53,838 nucleotides of DNA, taken from NCBI GenBank assembly GCA_027016315.1, contig JALWAP010000283.1:1-53838 (forward strand), given 5' to 3'. The translations under genes were made by a program, and so were the position numbers. Positions 48,098 through 53,838 of this stretch are shown piece after piece; the first letter of the stretch is position 1; every line of letters starts with the position of its first letter. The notes beneath the pieces are model-generated. The model saw only the letters and a list, made by a program, of their open reading frames with translations. It was not told the DNA's origin and did not search any database. Origin of the DNA: Anaerolineae bacterium. Its GTDB lineage: Bacteria > Chloroflexota > Anaerolineae > S016-19.

Positions 48098-49996
48098 TCA
48101 CTCGTTTGGGATAAGTATCTTCTCCCCCGGGAAGATGAGATTGGGGTTGAAATTCGGATCCAACGCTTTGTTAGCAGCTATCACATCATCCAGATCGACC
48201 CCGTACCGTGCCGCTATAGCCGTTAGAGTGTCACCGTATTGAACGACATAGTACGCCCCATTCGCCGAAGACGTGGAGCTGCTGGGCGTGGAAGTGGGTG
48301 TGGGTGTGGGTGTGGGTGTTCTGGTCGGCGTAGGGGTACGCGTTGGCGTTCTCGTCGGCGTTGGTGTTGGCCCGCGCGTAGGAGTTGGAGTGCGGGTGCG
48401 GGTGGGGGTTGGGGTACGCGTGGGCGTAGGGGTACGAGTCGGCGTGCGTGTAGGCGTCGGCGAGGCCGTACGCGTGGCCTCGGGGGTAGCTGTGGGTGTG
48501 CTTCCCTCGGCCCCTGGTATCCATATTTTCTGCCCAGGGAATATCAGGTCCGGGTTGAACCCAGGGTTCAGAGACTTGTTGGCTTCTATGACTTTCATCA
48601 GGTCCACGTGATACCTGGCCGCGATGGCGCTTAGGGTATCGCCCGGCTTGACGGTGTAGTAGAATTCCTCCGCGCCTTTGGAGCCAGCAACCGCTTCTGT
48701 GTGGCACGCCACCAGCGAAATATCGTCGAGATCGAGGTCGAACTCCCGGAACGGGGTTGCCCATTTCTTCCATCCCCGGATGAAGATCGTGACGGTCGAC
48801 GACGGAGCCTGGAACCTGACCTTGTAGTCGCTGTACGCCCCGGGCAAGAGCCGATCCGAGCTGGGCTTCCACGGAAGCGTGTACCACTTGCTTACCTCGG
48901 TCCAGTCTGCTGCGCCGGACGCGATACCCCATTGCACCGCGAACCGGTATGGGTCTTCATTGAGATGGGTCGCGAAGTCCCTCTCCCGGATCAGCCCATG
49001 GATGGTTAGTTCATACGTATGACCCGGCACGAGCCCACTCACGGTCTGGGCTATCCCGGCGTATCTATTCGGATCAGGAGCGGGCAGCCCTTTGCTGTTT
49101 ATCTCAATCAACTGGGAATGCTCCCCAGCAAAAACTGCCAGCTTCCAGGTTTCATCGTAGAACCCGAAGCCCGCTTTCCCGCCATTCGTGAATCCGGCCC
49201 AGTCCTTGCCGACCCCATTGGGTTGGAATCCGCTTTCGAAATCCCCGTTGGAAACCAGATTGTTGCCATCGCAGACCAGGGGCGGAGGAGTAGGCTCGGC
49301 GGCCGTGGCCGCCTTGGCTGCCTTCATCGGCCCGGTCAGGCTTACCGAATCGATATCCACATCCAGCTCCCTAAAAGGCACTCCCCATTTCTTCCAGACC
49401 CGGATGAAAAGGGTCAGCTTAGAACCGGACGGGTTGATCTTCAACCTGGCTTCGCTGTAGGAGCCGGGCGAGGTGCGCGGATAGTATGTGTGCCACGGAA
49501 GCACCGTCCAGTTCTTCACTTTCGTCCAATCCGGCGATGGATCGTCTACAAGGTAGCCGACCTGGACAGTATAACGCCAGGAATCAGGATCGTGGTCGTC
49601 CGCCCTGATCATGCCGTGCAAATCGAGGGTGTATTCGTACCCGGGAAGCACCTCGACAGTTTGGTAGATGCCCGCGAATCGGTCAGGGTCTGCGTAAGCA
49701 AGACCTTTGGTGTTGATTTCGATGAGTTGAGCGTGGGCGCCATCGAACACCACCGGCTGCCACTGGTCGTCGTAGAACCCGTAATTGGCAGCTCCTCCGT
49801 TCGTGAAACAATCCCAGCCGTTGGCAACCATGCCACACCCCGGCACGAACCGGAATCCTTCCTCGAAGCCTCCGTTCTGGACTACATCCACGCTGGTAGT
49901 CGCCTGGGGATATGAGGCCACGATAATGGCGTTGAGTGCAAAGATCAACGCAGCGAGGATCGAGAGACTTTTGTACTTGCTCTTCAGTATCAACAT
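48098..49996 (-). CDS. Secreted protein with two tandem jelly-roll (CBM4/9-like) domains of about 200 aa, followed by LysM, a Pro/Thr(Arg) linker and a second LysM
   Basis: 632 aa counted from ATG 49996, with RBS GGGAGG. Signal peptide. An internal duplication (NGGFEEGF...[23 protein letters not shown] versus NGDFESGF...[23 protein letters not shown]). Two Y.V..GDTL.AIAARY LysM domains. Confidence 0.8.
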   Translation of the reverse strand: MLILKSKYKSLSILAALIFALNAIIVASYPQATTSVDVVQNGGFEEGFRFVPGCGMVANGWDCFTNGGAANYGFYDDQWQPVVFDGAHAQLIEINTKGLAYADPDRFAGIYQTVEVLPGYEYTLDLHGMIRADDHDPDSWRYTVQVGYLVDDPSPDWTKVKNWTVLPWHTYYPRTSPGSYSEARLKINPSGSKLTLFIRVWKKWGVPFRELDVDIDSVSLTGPMKAAKAATAAEPTPPPLVCDGNNLVSNGDFESGFQPNGVGKDWAGFTNGGKAGFGFYDETWKLAVFAGEHSQLIEINSKGLPAPDPNRYAGIAQTVSGLVPGHTYELTIHGLIRERDFATHLNEDPYRFAVQWGIASGAADWTEVSKWYTLPWKPSSDRLLPGAYSDYKVRFQAPSSTVTIFIRGWKKWATPFREFDLDLDDISLVACHTEAVAGSKGAEEFYYTVKPGDTLSAIAARYHVDLMKVIEANKSLNPGFNPDLIFPGQKIWIPGAEGSTPTATPEATRTASPTPTRTPTRTPTPTRTPTPTRTRTPTPTRGPTPTPTRTPTRTPTPTRTPTPTPTPTSTPSSSTSSANGAYYVVQYGDTLTAIAARYGVDLDDVIAANKALDPNFNPNLIFPGEKILIPNE

Positions 49997-50175
49997 CTGG
50001 GAACCTCCCACAATCAACGGCACTGAGCTTCTCCGTTTAGGGCAGGCCAGGGGAAGCATCAGAGAGTCTTACGGTTCCGAATCGCACAGCCTAATTATAC
50101 ACGGAATTTTATCTGCTGTCAACTGTAGACTTCTTCAATGACGAAGTTACAAAATACTTTCGAACACCCTGATAA

Positions 50176-50356
50176 GAAAAGATTCGTGGAGTGGGCGTTA
50201 TGTCAACGCAAAGCCGCAAAGATGAGCAAGATGCAAAGACTTTTCGAGATTCTTTGCGACCTACGCGGCTTTGCGTCCTAGCGTTCCATTTCACTCCCTC
50301 CCGACAGGTTTTCTTCCTGTTTGAGCAGAGTCGCGCGCTGTGGATTTACTCGGAAT
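50176..50356 (+). repeat. Dispersed structured intergenic repeat, copy B
   Basis: Aligns with copies A and C over the hairpin core (ACGCAAAGCCGC...GCGGCTTTGCGT is a perfect outer stem) and the tail (CCCGACAGGTTTTCTTCCTGTTTGAGCAG). Confidence 0.85.
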
Positions 50357-50494
50357 TTCAACCCTGGGAGATTTTCGGTACTCATGAGTCCGAACTCATG
50401 TCTGAACCCCGGCTCGAAATCCGGCGTAATCCTGCGTGCTATGGTAAAATTAGCCCGTGTTTGGATTACAGAAGAGACGCTGGAAAGCAAGATC

Positions 50495-51538
50495 ATGACC
50501 GACGAAAGGATAACATCTCCGGGTCCGATGCCATCCGACTTCGCTCTGGATGCCGCGATGCGCCCGCGCACGCTGGGAGAAGTGATCGGACAGGACTCCG
50601 TCAAAGTAAACCTGTCGATCCTGCTGGAAGCGGCAAAGAAACGGGGCGAGCCGCTCGACCACATACTATTCTACGGCCCGCCAGGATTGGGGAAGACAAC
50701 TTTCGCCCACGTGATCGCAAACGAGATGGGCGCAAACATCAGAGTAACCGCCGGGCCAGCCATCGAGCGGGCAGGAGACTTGGCGGCCATCCTGACCAAC
50801 ATGCGGAAAGGGGACATACTTTTCATCGACGAAATCCACCGCCTCGGCAAGGCGGTCGAAGAGATACTGTACCCGGCAATGGAGGATTTTTCGCTGGACA
50901 TAGTGGTCGGGAAGGGGCCGGGCGCCCGCTCCATTCGGCTGAAACTGCCGCGATTCACCGTCATCGGGGCTACAACCAGGCTTGCCTTGCTTTCGGCTCC
51001 GCTCCGAACCAGGTTCGGCGTCGTCTATCGGCTCGATTTCTACGACCTGGAAGCGATGCTGACCATCGTAAAACGGGCTTCCGGGCTGTTGCACATCGAA
51101 ACGACCGAATCCGGTGCTATGGAGATTGCCCGGCGCGCAAGGGGAACGCCCAGGGTAGCCATCAGGCTGCTCAAGCGCGTGCGAGACTACGCCCAAGTGC
51201 GCGCCGGAGGGAAGATCACAAGGGACGTGGCGAAGCAGGCTCTGTCGCTGCTGGAGGTGGACGAGCTGGGCCTCGACGAAATAGACCGGAGGGTTCTGAA
51301 AACGGTGATCCTGAAATTCGGCGGAGGGCCAGTCGGGGTCGATACCATAGGCGCGGCTGTGTCGGAAGCTCCGGATACCATCACCGACGTGGTGGAGCCT
51401 TACCTGCTCCAGCTCGGGTTCCTGGAGAGGACGCCGAGGGGCAGGGTGGCCACGAAGCTGGCATATCAACATCTCGGAATCCCGTACCCGGAAGAGGAGA
51501 ATCCCAAACGAGGAACTCTGTGGGAGGACGAGCTGTAG
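50495..51538 (+). CDS. ruvB: Holliday junction branch-migration ATPase
   Basis: 347 aa counted from ATG 50495. Motifs [19 protein letters not shown] and [16 protein letters not shown]. Collinear with E. coli RuvB from the N-terminus. Confidence 0.95.
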   Translation: MTDERITSPGPMPSDFALDAAMRPRTLGEVIGQDSVKVNLSILLEAAKKRGEPLDHILFYGPPGLGKTTFAHVIANEMGANIRVTAGPAIERAGDLAAILTNMRKGDILFIDEIHRLGKAVEEILYPAMEDFSLDIVVGKGPGARSIRLKLPRFTVIGATTRLALLSAPLRTRFGVVYRLDFYDLEAMLTIVKRASGLLHIETTESGAMEIARRARGTPRVAIRLLKRVRDYAQVRAGGKITRDVAKQALSLLEVDELGLDEIDRRVLKTVILKFGGGPVGVDTIGAAVSEAPDTITDVVEPYLLQLGFLERTPRGRVATKLAYQHLGIPYPEEENPKRGTLWEDEL

Positions 51539-51541
51539 GAT

Positions 51542-52240
51542 ATGGTGAGCAAGCCCAGGATTGGAATAACGAGCGATCCCCGTAGACTCGACTGGGACGA
51601 TGCAAAGGGGATACATTACATCAAGAGCGTAAGCGCTTTCGGCGGGGAGCCTGTGATACTCCGCCGAAACGGCAAGACCCCAGAACAACTCGTTTCCTCG
51701 CTGGATGGGATCATCTTCAGCGGCGGCGGCGACATCCATCCTCAGTTCTATGGGGAGGAGCCGAACGGTGTCAACATGTCCACGGTCAGTATCGAGCGAG
51801 ACGAATGGGAGTTGGAGCTGTTCGAAATCTCCCTGGAACTGGAGATGCCGATCCTGGGGATATGTAGAGGCTTTCAACTGGTCAACATCGCCCTGGGCGG
51901 CGGGCTGGTGCAGCACATCAGAGGACACAAGCCGTCCAGGCGAACGCCATCCGCCACCCTGTACCACCCGATATGCGGCGAAGCAGGGAACCTGGACGAC
52001 CGCTGCCAGCTCGTCAATTCTTTCCACCACCAGGGGGTGACGGAAGACCGGCTCGCCAGCGGGTTGACGCCATCGGCGCTTTCCCCCGGGGACGAACTGG
52101 TGGAAGCCTTCAGGCATCAGGATGGCATGCCGCTGAGGGGAGTTCAGTGGCATCCGGAGCGCATGCCCGATTACCTGCCCGCCAAGCAGCGGGTCTTCCG
52201 GTGGCTGATCTCCGAAGCGGCGAAGCGGACGCTCCGCTGA
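51542..52240 (+). CDS. Class I glutamine amidotransferase, peptidase C26 (gamma-glutamyl-GABA hydrolase-like)
   Basis: 232 aa. Motifs GICRGFQLVN (nucleophile Cys) and GVQWHPE. Confidence 0.85.
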   Translation: MVSKPRIGITSDPRRLDWDDAKGIHYIKSVSAFGGEPVILRRNGKTPEQLVSSLDGIIFSGGGDIHPQFYGEEPNGVNMSTVSIERDEWELELFEISLELEMPILGICRGFQLVNIALGGGLVQHIRGHKPSRRTPSATLYHPICGEAGNLDDRCQLVNSFHHQGVTEDRLASGLTPSALSPGDELVEAFRHQDGMPLRGVQWHPERMPDYLPAKQRVFRWLISEAAKRTLR

Positions 52241-52298
52241 TCCGATTCCTCATCTGCCACACACTCTCAGTCATTCTGAGGAGCGTCAGCGACGAAGA

Positions 52299-52491
52299 AT
52301 CTTGAGCACTCTTTGAAAACACTCGTGGGGCGTTATGTCAACGCAAAGCCGCGAAGACAATCGAGACGCAAAGACTTTTCGAAATTCTTTGCGCCTTACG
52401 CAGCTCTTGCGTCTTAGCGTTCCTTTCAGTCTCTCCCGACAGGTTTTCTTCCTGTTTGAGCAGCGCATTGCGCTGTGGAGGTACTCAGAAT
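52299..52491 (+). repeat. Dispersed structured intergenic repeat, copy C
   Basis: The closest match to copy A. Bracketed by the 11-bp inverted repeat GTCATTCTGAG (52270-52280) / CTCAGAATGAC (52484-52494). Confidence 0.85.
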
Positions 52492-52562
52492 GACGCGTAG
52501 TGTCCCTGTGCACGAGGACATTGCTCACAATCTCTCGCTCGACAAGCCAGCAGGTCGCGCTA

Positions 52563-52591
52563 TTGAAAAGAGCAACTTTACATGGTAGAAT
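52563..52591 (+). promoter_or_regulatory. Promoter, TTGAAA-N17-TAGAAT, with a TGg extended -10
   Basis: Hexamers at 52563-52568 and 52586-52591, upstream of hsp20-lon. Confidence 0.5.
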
Positions 52592-52637
52592 TACAACAGA
52601 GCCTGGAAAACTTCAGGCCGAGCTTGGAGGACGAGAA

Positions 52638-53027
52638 ATGTCACAGAGAGATCTGTTCGAGTTTTTCATGGGTGGAGGATTCGAACGAGGTGAAGGAAAA
52701 AGCGGCGCCGCCTGGCATCCCCCTACGGATGTCTACGAAGTGGAAGAAGGGGCGACGATAATTCTGGAGATAGCCGGGATGTCCGGCGGGGAATTCAACC
52801 TGATGGTGCGTAACCGAACGATCGTCATAACAGGTCGCAGGCAGGATCTCAACGAAAAACAGGCGTACCGGCAGATGGAGATACATTACGGAGAGTTCAG
52901 AAGCGAAGTGGAACTTCCCTGGCCGGTAGACGTAAACAGCATCGAAACGAGTTACAGCGACGGGTTCTTCAAAGTGGTGATCAGGCGAAGCAAGCCCAAA
53001 AGGATACCCGTCCGTTCCCTGGACTGA
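52638..53027 (+). CDS. Small heat-shock protein (Hsp20/alpha-crystallin family)
   Basis: 129 aa counted from ATG 52638, with RBS GGAGGA. Alpha-crystallin domain (PPTDVYEVEEGATIILEIAGM...GEFRSEVELP). Confidence 0.85.
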   Translation: MSQRDLFEFFMGGGFERGEGKSGAAWHPPTDVYEVEEGATIILEIAGMSGGEFNLMVRNRTIVITGRRQDLNEKQAYRQMEIHYGEFRSEVELPWPVDVNSIETSYSDGFFKVVIRRSKPKRIPVRSLD

Positions 53028-53064
53028 CTTATCAGAGCATACGACAACGCTAACGAGGTGAAAA

Positions 53065-53838
53065 ATGAACAGAGAAGAGGAAATCAGGAAACTTCTCGAG
53101 GATATACTTGACGGAAAAGCGACCGAGGAGGACCTGTTCCAGGACGAGGCATTTTCTGCTTCGGAGGGAGAAAAAGGAGCCGAAGGTGAAAGCGGGGTAC
53201 AAGTGGTGGTCGCAAAAGATGAAGGGGACGAACCGGACATACCGGAAGAGCTGCCCATCCTCCCGCTGAGGGGAGTGGTGGTCTACCCAATGATGTGGCT
53301 ACCGCTGACCATCGGGCAGCCCCGCTCCATCAGATTGATAGATCACGCTGCCCTGGAGAACAGGATCATCGGGGTTGCGGCGTCCAAAGTCCCGGAGAAG
53401 GACGAGCCTACTCCGGAAGAGGTCTATGACGTCGGGACGGCGGTCATGGTGCACAAGCTGCTGAAAGCACCCGACGGCACGATCAGGATAATCGTGCAAG
53501 GCATCCGGCGGATCAAGATCGGCCCTTACACACAGACTGAGCCGTTCCTCAAGGCCAGGGTCACGCCAGCGCCCGAAACAGTCGAAGACGACATCGAGGC
53601 CGAGGCGCTGCACAGGAACTTGCTCGAGCTCTTCCGGAAACTGATCTCCCTCTCCCCCAACATCCCGGAGGAGATGGAAATGGCCGCCATCAACACTGAA
53701 AGCCCGCTCCACCTGGTCTATTTGATAGCGGCTTCCATAAAGATGGATCTGAAGGATTCGCAGGAGATCCTGGAGCTCGACAGCACCAAGGAAAAGATGA
53801 AAAAGCTCACCGCGATCTTGAACAAGGAGATCGAGGTG
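53065..53838 (+). CDS. lon: ATP-dependent protease Lon (LonA), N-terminal substrate-binding domain; 3' end lies outside the window
   Basis: This ORF is open to the window end and so is not in the ORF track. ATG 53065 follows GAGGTGA. LPILPLRGVVVYPMMWLPLTIGQPRSIRLID matches the LON N-domain. Confidence 0.85.
   Translation, partial: MNREEEIRKLLEDILDGKATEEDLFQDEAFSASEGEKGAEGESGVQVVVAKDEGDEPDIPEELPILPLRGVVVYPMMWLPLTIGQPRSIRLIDHAALENRIIGVAASKVPEKDEPTPEEVYDVGTAVMVHKLLKAPDGTIRIIVQGIRRIKIGPYTQTEPFLKARVTPAPETVEDDIEAEALHRNLLELFRKLISLSPNIPEEMEMAAINTESPLHLVYLIAASIKMDLKDSQEILELDSTKEKMKKLTAILNKEIEV

Noticed and set aside
50191-51585. 464-aa plus-strand ORF starting in repeat copy B and running through ruvB in another frame
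   Set aside because: It starts at the ATG inside the non-coding repeat. Its product is Arg/Gly-rich nonsense. The overlapping frame encodes a full-length RuvB collinear with the E. coli protein.
52290-52325. CTTGAGCACTCTTTGAAAACACTCG upstream of hsp20-lon, considered as an HAIR/CIRCE-type heat-shock operator
   Set aside because: It is not a proper inverted repeat (CIRCE is TTAGCACTC-N9-GAGTGCTAA and HAIR is CTTGAGT-N7-ACTCAAG). The same sequence forms the 5' end of repeat copy A, which is not next to a heat-shock gene.

Overview
GC-rich, gene-dense chromosomal segment made up almost entirely of housekeeping and cell-envelope genes. I call 52 protein-coding genes (2 cut by the window edges), 2 tRNAs (Leu-GAG, Asn-GTT), 2 riboswitches (FMN, SAM-I), several intrinsic terminators and many near-consensus sigma70-type promoters. 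I saw no rRNA, CRISPR array, transposase, integrase or prophage genes.

Recognisable blocks, in order:
- Rrf2 regulator plus cydABDC.
- A translin / Cas4-like / L,D-transpeptidase operon.
- rimO-rodZ.
- A LysM-YkuD protein.
- A NUDIX-GNAT-HAD-HAD cluster.
- plsY, a lipid kinase and sbcC.
- An FMN-riboswitch-controlled NitT/TauT-type ABC importer (RibXY-like).
- tig-clpP-clpX.
- A CBS/TrkA-C ClC channel.
- A secreted S8 protease.
- SAM-riboswitch-controlled metY-metX-metW.
- An orphan gene followed by lgt and a LonC-like protease.
- A yfhO-like gene.
- DUF72, DUF2007, gamma-CA and MBL genes.
- A LysM/CBM-like protein.
- ruvB, a C26 amidotransferase, hsp20 and lon.

Pro/Thr-rich linkers in the secreted proteins, the translin homologue and the RibXY-type transporter suggest a Chloroflexota (Anaerolineae-like) genome. 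That is inference only.

Most interesting observations:
1. A translationally coupled four-gene operon. It joins a TRAX/translin-like nuclease, the two halves of a Cas4-like Fe-S nuclease (each half carrying a membrane helix) and an L,D-transpeptidase lipoprotein.
2. A dispersed, orientation-consistent family of structured intergenic repeats of about 180-195 bp, built from GCAAAG/CTTTGC hairpins. There are 3 full copies plus a related insertion inside the metY leader.
3. A 19-nt motif shared by the 5' leaders of the two unrelated riboswitches.
4. One FMN aptamer followed by two tandem terminators.

All calls come from reading the sequence and the ORF track. No database search was run.
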